A stretch of 63,703 nt of DNA, filler included, from Vannella sp. (lineage: Eukaryota): assembly GCA_023345925.1 (NCBI GenBank). It is 4 parts of 4 records of this genome, joined end to end, with 100 filler letters (N's around TTAATTAATTAA, not from the genome) between each part and the next. Parts side by side here need not be neighbours in the genome. Positions count along the whole stretch, not along the records: positions 31,233 to 40,654 come from JAJQQN010000673.1; positions 40,755 to 58,137 come from JAJQQN010000728.1; 2 more parts are not named here. One strand, given 5' to 3'. Position 1 is the first letter of the stretch. Each line of letters begins with the position of its first letter. Of the stretch, positions 35,399 through 49,200 are shown piece by piece. The position numbers were made by a program, and so were the translations under genes. The notes beneath the pieces are model-generated. The model was not told where the DNA came from. It was given only the letters and a program-made list of their open reading frames with translations, and made no database searches.

Positions 35399-38300
35399 AT
35401 GTCTTCTACTTCTCCTGTTGATATCACAGGTGAGGAGGCTGGGTGCTTCTCTTCTTGGTTGTTTGTACACATCCTTGTTCTTTGAGGAGAGGTCTACAGC
35501 TTGTATGGTGGTGCAAGGGTGCTGATCGTTCTTGGTAGAGCTCAACTTGGTGGTGCTCGAGCATCTTCGGCGACAAGGGGTTGATGTCAGCTCCTTGGAG
35601 CAACAACTGTATCAAAGAGAGCTTCTTCCTGTTGATACTACACCCACTTATCAGTGGCCATCACACTCCATGGACCTTCTAACCGAAGTACCTCATCGAG
35701 CTCCCCCACAGGCCAACAACTCCGTTCTCATCCTGAACACGCGACCAAAGGTTAGTCTATCACTCCCTGTCCCGACCTCCCTCCCTGACCATCATCGCTG
35801 TCGAAGCTCAACGAGGAGGAAGGGCAAGTCCTCTCCACGCTGATTGGTCGGCTCGCCAACCAAACTCAAAAATTATTTCCTTCTTTGCGGCTCCCCAAAC
35901 CTCTGCCTTTGAGAAGAAATTTTCTAATCAAGCCAGAGAAAATGGTTCAAGAGGATGTGCTCTCTTTGGAAAAGTGTCCTCACTCGTTCACCTCGACCAA
36001 TCGGTTTCGCATGACCAGCCGATTTGTTGAGCCGGTTGGGTTGATTACTGGGAGGGAACTGGGAGTTCGTATTCCTTCGTGGTACTCTCGAGCTCCTCGT
36101 TTTAACTCCAACATTGAATTGGTGAGACAAGATCGGTTCTATTCTACTGCCCAACTTACTCTTGCAGATGATCACTATTGAAGGTCACTGGGCTCCCGTT
36201 TACTGCATTGCATTCGACAAGACGGGAAGGAGGCTCTTTACAGGCTCTGATGATGGCAACATCAAAGTATGGTCGGTTTTCAACGGAGTACTTCTCTACT
36301 GCCTCCGAGGACATCCCACTGAGATCATGGACTTGACTGTGGAACCGAACAATCGTTTCTTAGCTTCAGCGAGTGCCGAAAACCAAAACCAAATCCGTAT
36401 CTGGTCCTTGGGTGACGAATATGGCCGAAACATCAAAGTGCTTAAGGGCCATGTGATTGCTAATGGGCTTCAATTTAGTCCCTCAAGGAAGCGGCCAATC
36501 TTGCTTGCGTATGGAGGAAACCAAATCACTTTGTGGGATCCTGAAGACTGGGACAAAGAGCCAGTTGTCTTCGCATCAGCAAACGACATCGCCATTTTGG
36601 TCTGGGATGCCACTGGGACACGTTTTGCAACAGCTGGATCTAATTTAGTCAGTATCTGGACGGTCGAGCAAGGCCTTGTAGTCACCTTGACAGGCCCTGA
36701 TGTATCCACGATCAGGATTCGATTCCTTCAGTGGTGCCCTTATCGGAATGCAGTTGCAGCCGGGTCCACTGACGGAAGCGTTTTCTTTTGGGCTTGCAAT
36801 GGAAGTCGGTGGGACATTCCAGAGAACTGGGAGATGACTGAAGTCTGCGAAAGGAACCTCACAAGAGTGTACGAACGAAATGTAGCTGGAGTTACTATGG
36901 TCCAGTTTACGAGTGATGGAATGTACTTGGTTGCTGCTCGATTAAGTGACAAACTGTTTATTTGGAGCACAAGAACCCTTAAGAAGCTTTTTGAGATGTC
37001 TCACCACCGAGGTCAAGTTTATACCCTCTTAGCTCATCCGAGCAATCCCCGTTTGATGGTGACGGGAGGATATGACGGATTAGTGAGTCTGATTGATGTA
37101 CCTCAGGGAAAGCTGCTTCGGGGCTTTATGACTTCCAAGGTTATATCAGAAGGAGTATTTACTTCTGTTGAAGGAGATAATACCTTTGCAATGACCAGTG
37201 TGGAAGGAGCCCTTTCAATCTTCTCTACTGGTGACGCAAAGCGATTCAATGATACTCCTCGTAGTCAATTCTTTGCGTCTGAGCAGAATCCGATGCTCTT
37301 GGATGCAGAAAGTAATTTGACCATTGATGCAGTACTCAACGTGCCATCTTTCCAAATTCCTCGAGAGATTGGCAACAGAGTTGGCCAAGTTTACGAAGAT
37401 CTTCCCACTGCACTGCTTGGGCCTCTGCCATTTACCCCTCCTCCTGAAGTTCGCCACACAGATGGCTATCGAGCATATCGATGCAATGTCGAAAGATGGC
37501 GAATCGACATTGCGGACGACGGTTTCGTCTCTCCTAATGTGGATCTTCTTTTCCCTGCGGTCATTCCAGAAGAAGAGCTCGCTCCACCTGTGCCAGAGGC
37601 CAGTTCAGAGGAAGAGCCCGACGAAGAACTGCTCCTTGACGATGATGACGATGACTATTGGGATAACTCGACACATCGCAATCGCGCATCCCACACACTG
37701 CGTACTCGCCGTCGTACGTATGCTGCAAGGCAGGTGTCTGAATCAGAGGAAGAAGAGGACGCTATGGACATGGATTCTTCTATGGATGTTGCAAGACCAA
37801 GGCCGAGAGCAGGCCCTCGACACAATCAGTACCCTGAATGGGCCACAACTACTCATCAAATCCGGAACACCTACATCCCCCAGGTCCTCGATGAGGTCAT
37901 CTACTTCATGGAAGGGCATCGCCAGTACATGAGAACTTACGGTCTCCGCGATGGTATTCTGTGCACTGAGGTGCCTTACATTCGGTGTGTTATCATGAAG
38001 ATCGAATTCTGCCGCAATTCCTCTCAACTGCATGGGAGAACCCTGCGATATCAATTGACCCTCCGTTCGCTACAGGAAGGGGAAGATAGCACCTTGCATC
38101 AAGTCAAGTATCATCCCCAGAGCCACTGCCCTGATTTCCTGATTTTGGCATCTCTGTTCGACCATTGCTCGCACCAAAACTACCTGGGGCGCCGCTTCCG
38201 GATGCACTTCCCAGATAACGGCTCTTACATTGGAAGAGTGATCAATGTGGGAAATCAGGTTTCGGAGTTTGCTGATAGCCCTTGGGAGAGTTTGGAGGTT

Positions 38301-40067
38301 GAATGGGAGGTGGAGAACGAATCCAATGATGTACAAATCAGCTTTTGGGAGATTGAACTCTTTGACGAGCCTCCAGAAGATCCTGAGGCAGATCCTGTGT
38401 TTGTTGGTCTCTTGAATGCCCATAATACTACCGCATCTCGATACATTCTTGACTCCCCAGAGCCGGAACCAGAAGCTCTTGATCAAAACGTTACCGGGCT
38501 TAATGCTGATCAATCCTCTTCTCAAGCAATTGTGGAACCAGGAGATGGGGATGCAGCGTTAGTATATCCTGAATGGTATACCGATAGCGAGAGACTATCA
38601 GAAGAACAAACAAGCAGTGTAGCCAGTGCAATTGATAGCGTGTATGAGTATGAGGCCACGGAAGCCTTCCGAGAGCCAATCAACCTGCGGCTCCTTACAG
38701 ATTATTTTAAGTCTGTTCTTTGTGCCGTAGACCTTTCCACTATTCGGAAGCGTTTGAATCAGCACTACTATCGAAGGATGCAGGCAAGTTTATGCATCGC
38801 CTGAATGCTTGCTAACATATGTTGATTAGGCCGTTGAGGCTGATTTGCAGTTACTTGTTCAGAATGCTAAGACCTACAACGGCGCCCTCTCTTGGTATGC
38901 ACTAGTAGCAGAGTCAATGGTCGATGCCATGAAGAATTCCTTTCAAAGTAAGTCATAAGTTTGCTGAGAGCATTCAAGAACTCAATGAAAGCAGCGGGAC
39001 AATGGGAAGAGCCTCATTTTGAAGACTATTTCGAGACCCCTCCAGATGCAGACAATGGTCCATCTCCATCGCCCTCTCCCCCTCGGAGAAGAACTCGTCA
39101 ATCACGCTCTCAAATCAGTTATCGGGATGATTCAGAAGAGGATTTGGACGAAGAGACTTTCGGTCGTGCTCCTGCGCGCCGGCCAAAGTTCACTCCAAGC
39201 ACTCGACCTCGCCGCATGGCCTCACAGAACCTTAATTTTGCCGAGATAGAAGATGATGCCTCGGATCCTGATGACTTCCTCGAGTTCAAAGTGAGGACTG
39301 GAACTCAAAACCGAAAGCCTCGGGTCACCGCTTCTTCGAACGAGCCTACGAACCAGTCATCTGTCAGAGGACGGGCTAGAAGAGCTCCTAATCGGTTTGG
39401 CTCCCAAGTGGAATCACCTCGGCATCGCCGCACTCGACATTCGTACCCAACACGCCTACAAAGAGCTGCTTTTGACACTCCCACCGAAGCAGTTCCCTTA
39501 TTACCCGTTCGCTCGAGAAGAGCACCACGAAATCAAGTTAGTGGACCTCAAAGTTCAGGAGAATCAGACTCCGTGGACTATTCTTTCGAAGATCAAAGCC
39601 TTTTCGAAGAGCAAGAGGAGGAGCAGGAAGAAGAGTCCAAAGATGAGCCTTCTCCTCCCCGCTCTCCTCCTTTGAAACCAACAGCTCGACGAGGTCCTCC
39701 CTCTTCACTCCGGAATTTTGCTGGCGTAGAGTCGACAGTGGTAGCCCATCCTCCAACTCTGGAGCCTCTTTTACCCGATGAACCTATTATTTCCAGCCAG
39801 CCTGCTCGAAGAGCCAATGTATCAGAGAGGACCCGCCGTTCACTACCAACCAGAAGTGAACTGCCTGCAGTTAGCGAGAGACCTCGAAGATCTTCGAGGC
39901 AACATACTCCTCTGCCAGACCCCGGCCCTTCTTCAGATGAGTTTTCAGATTCGCCAAAACTCAGCCGGAAACGAGGCCGGAACACTGAACAACCTCGCCG
40001 AAGCAAACGGGCAAGGCGGACCACCTCCTTTGCAAGCGACTTTGTTGACGAAGAGGACTCAGACTAG
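35399..40067 (+). CDS. BRWD/PHIP-like WD40 + cryptic Tudor + bromodomain protein
   Basis: GHWAPVYCIAFDKTGRRLFTGSDD, YIPQVLDEVIYFMEGH, SPWESLEVEW, single bromodomain (VDLSTIRKRL..YY..NAKTYN) and a disordered Arg/Ser tail. Confidence 0.88.
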
Positions 40068-40295
40068 TCCCCCTTTTGTTCCGATTAAAGTTATTTCCCC
40101 TTCTAGATGAAATGGATAAGGTACAAGCTCGAGAGTTCTCATCGAAAAAGTCAATTCCGACTCGTCAATGGTCTGGGAGCCCTGGTGGTCAACCAATCAC
40201 TGAAACCCCATCTCTGAAAAGTGAGTCTCCTTTCAGAGTTCACTGAATGGGACCGCAGCATCAGGATTCTTCATAAAGCAGCAACTTTCAGTGAC

Positions 40296-40654
40296 AAAAT
40301 CCACGAGGGGCAAGGACATAACTGGTCGCCGTCCGAAAGTTGACATGTATATTTCAAGCATTTGTGGGCCTTCCCCATCGTGGGCTGAAATAGGACGTCC
40401 TCAGAGCACGAAAGGGTGTTCTCGTGTCGGGTTACTCTGACGCCCCGTCATGAAACGAAGAGCTATTAGAACTAGTGTATTCTATTCATTGCCTGATGAA
40501 AGGGCTAATCCCATCGTTAAATGCAAAGATGCACGAGTCCACCCAAAACTAAAGAAATAAAATCATTCCAAAAGCTTATCCTGAAAAGATGGAGGTCATC
40601 AGGACACTCAATGCAAACACGAGTTTTGGAACCCTCTTCCCCTTCGCTCGTGGA
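40296..40654. repeat. Dispersed repeat / MITE-like element at contig end
   Basis: Contains the shared motif CCAAAAGCTTATCCTGAA.AGATGGAGGTCATCA and CTCTTCCCCTTCGCTCGTGGA. AAAATCCACGAG (40296) is an imperfect inverted copy of the CTCGTGGATTTT end. Internal hairpin at 40401-40440. Confidence 0.55.
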
Positions 40655-40754
40655 NNNNNNNNNNNNNNNNNNNNNNNNNNNNNNNNNNNNNNNNNNNNTT
40701 AATTAATTAANNNNNNNNNNNNNNNNNNNNNNNNNNNNNNNNNNNNNNNNNNNN
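40655..40754. other. Artificial contig-joining spacer
   Basis: N44-TTAATTAATTAA-N44. Confidence 0.97.
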
Positions 40755-40876
40755 ACGTTTTCGGTAAGTTGTTTGTCCGTTTTGGGACCGCAAATGTTCC
40801 ATAAATGCGCCCGAAGCCAAGTGTGTAATTATGCTGGGGAATACTGGTTATGATCCAATTATTAGTATCCCGCTCC

Positions 40877-41554
40877 ATGCGAGGCCAACACCTCAATCTC
40901 GCGGCTGTTCGCTTGTTGAGGTTGTTAGTGAGACGCCCAGCGCTGTGTGTGCCTCACTTGTGTGTGAGGACGGTGGTGGAAGTGGATTGGAAGCAGCTTC
41001 ATGAACGAGGCTTCCGAGCCGTCTTGATGGACAAAGATAACACCATTGCTGCTCCCTACGCCCCTGACTTGTTCTCTCCTGCCATCGCAACATCTTTGAA
41101 AGAGGCTGAAGAGGTCTTTGGAAGACCCCACTTGGCCCTCTTCAGTAACTCTCTCGGCTTCGCTGACCAAACTCGAGACTTTGCTGGCATTGCAGTGGTG
41201 CAGCACCCTCTAGCTCAAAAGCCAGACGGCTTGGAAGAAGTACTCGCTCACTTTGAAGCCTTTGGGGGTGCTGCGGTGGCCCCAGAGAGGATTGTGATGA
41301 TCGGGGACCGTTTTCTCACTGATGTGATGTTCGGCAACCTCCACGGCATGGCTACGATCTACACTGAGCCGTTGGTGACCTCCTCGTCCTCTGAGAAAGC
41401 GGTCGTGCGTGTGGTGAGCCCTCCACTAGCCGAATGACTCGATCACTGACATGAAGGGCAGGTGCGGTGGGCTGAACGCCTTCTTTATCGACTTCTCGTG
41501 CGCTCTGGTACAACAGCGCCAACTCATCGGCTGTGGGGTCCTTCACGATCATAA
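40877..41554 (+). CDS. HAD IIIA phosphatase, Gep4/YqeG-type phosphatidylglycerophosphatase
   Basis: DKDNT motif I, FSNS, KP, MIGDRFLTDVMFGN. One 3' intron. Confidence 0.85.
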
Positions 41555-42461
41555 GGAGGGGACTTGTTGAGGGGAGCAGGCGCTAAGAGAGATAACGCTA
41601 CCTTTCGGGTGAGCAAAGGAAGGCTCCCACCATCCTACTCCTCACCTGAAGCCCCATGCATCGCTTGCACGGGCAATAAAGCGGGTGCGGATCACCTCTG
41701 CTGCGCTCTAAAGAGAAATGTGAGGGAGGGAGAGAGTGAACTCGTTCCAGGCGTGTTACCTCCAAGAACTGGTCTTCGGAAACTCCAATAGCGTGGCATA
41801 GAGGGCCATCTCGCCGCCCATCCAACTCAACAAGAGCGTCTTGCTCGAGAACGAAGCAAGAAAAGTGGTGGAGGACTTGGCTCTCCGGTCCCAGCAGCTG
41901 GATGTCCATTCCTGTTAGTCATGACCATCTTCTCTATGATCAGCTTGCCTCTGATTGGCCCAAGGAGGCGGCCAGGTGATGAGCTTCTCGGATGGGGGCG
42001 TTGTTGGAGAGGAAACTGCCTCGTTCTTCACCTGTGAGGGGAGCAAGAGCCTGCACAAAGTCCAAGAAGAAGCTGGAGTCGTTCTTGTCGATTTGAGTAT
42101 GACGAGAGGCGTGGCAAAGAGCGTGGATGGCCGCCATGGTTCCGCAGGCGTTCCGAATGTGTTGTTGTATCCAGACTGCTCTCGTTTCACTTGTCACAGC
42201 CTCGACAGTGCTCTCTTCCGCGCTAGAAAGAGGTAGGGGATGAGGAAATACTAAGATGAGAGCGTAACAAGGGCGGGGAATCATCAGAAGGAGATCAGCA
42301 TCCAGCCCCCAACAGTCTGAGAAGCACACCCGTTCCATGTCCACTCCAAGCGTCTCTGCAAACTCCCTTCCTACTCAGCTCGCAACTCTGCCACGCCTCC
42401 ACCTTCTTCACACCGCATTCAACACTTCAGGACTGCTCTCCAGCGGCGGCCACGCGGACAT
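41549..42461 (-). CDS. Ubiquitin C-terminal hydrolase (UCHL3/Yuh1 family)
   Basis: WPPLESSPEV, QHIRNACGT (Cys), HHFSCFV (His), ELDGRRDGP (Asp). Several introns. Confidence 0.92.
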
Positions 42462-42653
42462 CACAGAAATGACTTTTTCCCCTCCTTCCCCTCTTTCCCT
42501 CTTTCCCTCTCGCTACCCCTTCGCCATTCAGTTCCTTATCTGATGGTGTTGGCTATGATGGGCGTTAAGTAATAAACTGGTGCTGAGCGCACGGACAGCC
42601 AAATTGATTGAAGGAAGGCGCTGGTTGGTGGATTCAGTTTGTTCCATTCCGAA

Positions 42654-44063
42654 ATGGCTTCGCAGGAGCCCGCGCTCGCGACTTTCGCTACGCCCAGAGG
42701 TGGCGTTCTCCGTGGTGCCTCGAGGGCCTCTCCCAGAGGCTCTCCTAGAGGCTCTCCGAGAGGCGCTGCTCGTGCCAGAGGCGGTCCGATGGCTGCTCGT
42801 GGTGGACCTGGACGAGGGCGTGGCTCACCCAGAGGAGTCCCCGCTTTCGATAGAGGAAGTGGCCAACGCGGAAGAGGAACAGCCAATCCCAAGTTCAGCG
42901 CTTTGGGACTTGATTCCCATGTTGTACGTGACCAGCTAGTCAGCTCTCCTCCATCCTGACTCTCTGAACCCAGAAAGTTGCAGCGGAGAAGACCACCACC
43001 GAGCGTGTTCAATACACAACAACCGGTCAAAAGCGTCACTCGAAGATTCAAATCAGCGGTGCGCCCTCCCATTCCTTGATTGCACAGTTCTACCTCTGAC
43101 TTGACCACGTTCAGGCCAGCCGCTTTCCACCCAAGGCCTTGACATCGAGGGTCTCGAGAGTGTCCGAAAGGACAAAGAGGTGACTGTCAAGACCTCTGGT
43201 TCGATTGCCTCTCGCTGGCAACAGCAAATGGCAGAGCAGAAAGAGGACGATTTCCAGAAGGCAAGAGACCGCAGAAAAGGCTGACATTCCTTTTTCTCCT
43301 TTCTGACTTTCTGTGCAGAACCGCGATAAGCTCCGTGGCCGCCGTAAGGGAGGGGTTGAATTCATGGACTCTCAAATCCGCAGTCTTATTGATGTGATGA
43401 AACAACTTTCGAGCGGACCTGGCCGTGGCATGGCGACGGTCACCTACGGCAAGTTGTTTGACCATACTGCTGATTCAATGCCTGCTCTGAGCGCCACCTT
43501 AGCTGTTGCCAGAAAGAGAAATGTAATCTCCTATGAAGGAGATATGCTCATGCAAGGCGTCCACTCCGGTAAGCCACCAGCTTTCCTCTTTTCCTGGAGG
43601 AAGTTCTGATACGCAAGCGCAGACGTCCTTATTACTCTGATGAAGGATCAGATTGAAGATACTCCCGACTTTCAGTCCGTCGTAGGTTCCTCCCTTTGCC
43701 CTCTGGGCTTGAATGAATCGATTCTGACGCCTTTCAGATTGGCATCGCTCCTATCCGTCCTGGCTTTGGTGGAGGCGCTCAGCAAGACTCCACTTTCTCC
43801 ACCTCTATGTGTTGCCAGTGCAACAAAACAGTGTATCCCATGGATCGGGTGGCAGCCAATGGGAAGGTCATGCACAAGACCTGCTTCAAGTGCTGCGAGT
43901 GCAAAAGCTCCCTCAAATTGGGTAACTTTGCCTTCAACTCTGGCAAGTTCTACTGGTAAGCCGATCCTCCTCCATCTTTGTGAACAAGCCACTGAAGCAC
44001 TGATCCCTCAGCGAGACCCACTTCCAGCAGAAGTTCAAACAAGGCCAAGGCTACGACTTCTAG
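42654..44063 (+). CDS. RGG-rich + Costars domain + LIM domain protein
   Basis: SPRG/RGG repeats; VTYGKLFDHTADSMPALSATLAVARKRNVISYEGDMLMQGVH (Costars); CCQCNKTVYPMDRV..HKTCFKCCEC..FYC..H (LIM). About 6 introns. Confidence 0.8.
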
Positions 44064-44231
44064 TCGGCAATGAATGAGCACCTCACCAACGAATAAATCG
44101 GACAAACCATTTCGCAATTACAATGCAGAATTAAAATGGGTCGTGAAAAGTAAAGCTGCCACGTCGCCTTTGAAAACGGCGAATTTTAGCCTCCTGCTGA
44201 GGTCTTCCTACTTTGCGCTTCGTTGGGACAC

Positions 44232-45166
44232 ATGCGCGCCTCCTTCCTCGCACTCTGTGTGCTGTTTGCACTCTTTGTTGCCTCTTGCGCAGCAGATGAG
44301 GTGTCGAGTACTGGTACCACTCAAAAGCCCGAGTCCACAGGCCTCAACATCCTCGACGGATCCCCCGATGCTGACACTACCTACTTGTTCTCTGATGTTT
44401 CTGAGGAAGATGGTGAGTGAACATGCTGGGAAGACCGGGTTATCCTCTTTTGATCACCTGTTCGAATGGTCTGCTAATCAACGCGCCCCGTTTCAGGTTT
44501 CCTGCCTGGTGCTGTCTCTCACATCGTTCTTGGCTTTAAGAATGACGGGCAAAAGCCTTTCGGGTTTGCTGCCATTGGAGGGAGCCTGTACTACAGCCTC
44601 GACGCATCTTACGTCCTCGAGAACGTGAGTCATCCTTCATTCAGTGACAAGAGACTCCCCTCTTGTCCAATGCAGCAGGTTGATTGACAGGGGGGGTATT
44701 TATTTGATTTGTTGGAATGTAGTACACCGCCATCAAGTACGAAGTCACCGTTCAACCTGGAGAGGAGTTTTCCTTCACCTACCCCTTCCGTATGCATCCC
44801 AAGCTTACAGAGGGTGACTATGGTCTCCGCTTCACCGCTCTCTACCGAGATGAGTTCAACACATATGCCACCTCGTTCTTCAACAAGACCGTTCACGTCC
44901 TCGAACCTCATCGGGACCTTCAACTTCAGGACATCTTCCAGGTTGCTCTGATCATTGCCGTCCTGGGTCTTGCTGCCTTTGGCGCTTTCACATTCATCAG
45001 CTCTGGCGGAGCCAACAAGCAGAAGAAGCAGCAAAAGGAACAGGCTATCGCAGCCGCTCAGGCCAAGCCCTCAGGGAAGATCAGCAAGACTGTTGATGTT
45101 GAAAGTGATTGGCTCCAGGGCACTGAAGTCGCCAAGCACCAGAACAAGAAGAAGAAGCAGAACTAA
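44232..45166 (+). CDS. SSR1: Translocon-associated protein alpha (TRAP-alpha)
   Basis: Signal peptide, SPDADTTYLF, LGFKNDG, VQPGEEFSFTYPF, FFNKTV, TM helix and basic tail with DWL. Confidence 0.85.
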
Positions 45167-45252
45167 GTTAAACCACTTTTCCACTCTCCCCACTGGCTGT
45201 CAAAGGGACGGGGGCAAAGAAGTGGAAGTATATTGGATGAGAACTTCCCTTC

Positions 45253-46187
<935 letters not shown>

Positions 46188-46291
46188 TCAAGGGAATGTT
46201 CCCCGCTTTTTCCGTCCCCTCAGGCGGCTGGGCAAAGGAAATCTGTTTTGAAGGTTTTCATTGATGTTCTTGTCTTCATTATTATCATCTG

Positions 46292-49200
46292 ATGAAGCGC
46301 TCGCCCTCTCCTGATGGCGGCCCGTCATCCCAAGCTCCTCCGCCCCCTCCGTTGGAAGATTTGCACCTTGTATCATCGGAGAGTACCCTGATGGCGAGTA
46401 ATGTGGTTGGTGAGGCTGCAGAGGTGGAGGAACCACGCAAAACCCTTCCTGAAGACCAGTACTCGGTAGTCGTCGCTGGTGGGGAGATGGGCACGACGGA
46501 GACCGTTCAAGATACGAAAGAGATCTCATCCATATCAGCTAAAGCGTTGTCTCAAGCCCCAGGGAAGACAGGCGACAACAGCAACATCGCCCGTGTACGG
46601 TTATACGAGGTTTTGGGGCTTCCTTGCTCCAAAGAGCTGTCATGGGCCACAGACTCTACTGTCAGCGATCTTCTCTCATGCTGTGGTCCACCTGGACATG
46701 CGTTTCGCGTCCTCGTTCCCACTCAAATGATCTGGGCGGAACTGGACAGACCTATTGGCCACTATCTAGCGGTCCCTAATGGCAGCTTTGAACGAGAGCT
46801 GATCGTTTGCCCTGAGGAACAGTCCGTTAAGATCTGTCTCCCTGGCCAGCCTCCTCAGAAGGTGACCTCAGGTATCCTCAGCCCTGTTATCGATCTCTTA
46901 GCTGCTGCTATCGACCATCTGATTGTACAAGAGGCGGTGGAGGAAGAAAATAAGGCTGCGCAACGGGAGGGCCTCCTTGCTGGCCATAGGCTCTACTTCC
47001 CTGGAAGGGGACTTTGGATGCAGAACAACCGTCCACTCTTCTTCTATCACCTTGCTGTTTCAGACACTTTGGAACTGCGGCCAGCCCCTCTTTACCTCCA
47101 CGTGTGCCACCCTCACATTCACAAATGCGTTGTCGTTCGATGTGAATCTGATACAACGCCTCAGAGGGTCATTGATACCATCAGCCGAGCGCCAGAGTTC
47201 CTTGGAACCGAGAAAGGAGTAACGGGCCTCTCCTTGTTCCGTTTGACAGGCGAAAGTAACTTGCGTATCATTGCCGAGGCTCAGGATCGAAGAAAACAGG
47301 ACAAATTCCATGTTGGCTACGGCTGTTTCATATCTGATGAACACCAGGACATCATTGACCAGGTGGAAGAGGAAGAGAGGCGTCTGTTGATGAAGCTATT
47401 CCCAGGAGAGGCTCACTCGGTGGTGGAGATGCTCCATCATGCTGACCGCTATCACGCTTGTCACACTCATCCGCTTGACCTTTTGTCCGAAGGACTCTCT
47501 CTCGCACAGGGAGAATGGATACCAACAAATCAGCCCTTGGGAATCTCACTTGGTTCCACCTCGGCTCTCTTGATGCTTATGATCAATCCTGAACAATGTG
47601 AACTTTATTCTGGTCAGGCAGACCCTTTTGCAACAACTTATTGCGAGGAGTTGAAAGCAGTGAAGAGGAAAAAATACGAGTTTGATACTTCAGTGGAGGA
47701 GTACACTGAGCAAGTTGCCTCCGCTCTGCAAGTTAACTCAAATCTGAAGGAGTTTGGACTTCAAGTGCCTTCTATTAATGATCAAAAAAGTCATTGGCTC
47801 CCTCCGCGGTCCAGTTTAGTGGGTAATGCTCTGCATCATGAGTTCCCTTTGTTATTCAAGAGGCTGCCAAAACCAGAAGAGTCAAGTAGGACATCCAAAA
47901 TCCTGGGTGAAGAGGTGTCAGTGCGACTTTTATCTGATGGAGACGAATTGCTCCCGATCTCGAGATTCTCATCGAGACTGCTGTCAGAGGTGCTTTTTGT
48001 CCGAATAGATCTGGATACTCTCGGTAAGTCTGACTCTCGACAATACCTAATCTCCTCCTTTGCTGACGGTTCAAGGACAGTACTGGACGTTAGGAAGAAG
48101 ATAATGAAGGAGAGGATGCCCGATTCTGTTGTGTATCTCAGCAACGACAGTTTTTCAAACTTTTCCCCTCTACGGGATGAGAGTTCTTTGGTCTCACATT
48201 CTATCTGCAAGGAGGTGAGCAAGCTAGCAGATGCATCTTTCTCTTCTCATACCTTGTAGCACTCCTTGATTATTGCCAAGAGGCCTGCAGCTGTAGTGCC
48301 TAAGCTGTTACATATTCAATTACCACCATCTCAGGGGAAAGATGCCTCCGGTAAGAAGGCAGAGCCTCCCAAAAAGGTCAATTACCACCGACGCCATAGA
48401 AACAATGATATCTTTACCTGTTCTGGTCATCAAACGCTCAAGGCAATTCTGCATGATGTTGCTAAGGAAGTGGCTGCTAACTTTGGAGAAGATACCCCCG
48501 CGCCTGTGTTTGGAGCTCTCAGTCAAACTCAGGCCACGGACTTGCCAATATTGCTTCTCAAAGCAAGCACCGTCCCACTTGGCAATTATCATGCCAGTCG
48601 AGCTCCAATGGAATTACTCTCAGAGGCAGACTTGGCGCAGTACAACCAAGAGAGGAGCAGTGTTTCGATCCATTTACATTTTGAGGAATCGGACCCCCTG
48701 TTTACTCCGGAGATACTCCGATCTTTGACATCAAGCGAGCAATCTAAACCAACACTGCAAGTCTCTGTGGGACCATTATCAGATACTCAAGACATCCTCT
48801 CAAGGGTTGCCGAGGGCCTCTCTCAGTTAACCAAAGGAACACCAAACGAAATAGTTGCTTCTGCTTTATCTCTGTGGCAGCACCTTGGCTCAAAGAGTCA
48901 CCGAGTAGAGCTGAAAAGCAAGAGGCTGTTTTCTTCTTACCGGTTATCTTCGTCTGATTCAATTTTTTGCACACGGAGAAGCTTTCTGGTTCGGACAGTT
49001 TTACATTTAACTTCAAAAAAGGGAACCCAATTAGGATCTTTGTCAATGCAGCACTCATCTCCGTCATCTGCTCTGACGGCCAGTACTCTACGACTTCCAA
49101 GCAGTTTGTCTACGCCACGTGAATTAGTTGAGATCGTCCATCGAGCCAGTGAACATGATCTTGAGGGCATCAGCGGATACTACGGTGCGTTCTTACCAAG

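Noticed and set aside
13030..41554. YqeH-like (NOA1) and YqeG-like genes in one window, echoing the Bacillus operon
   Set aside because: They are on different contigs and both are intron-containing eukaryotic genes.
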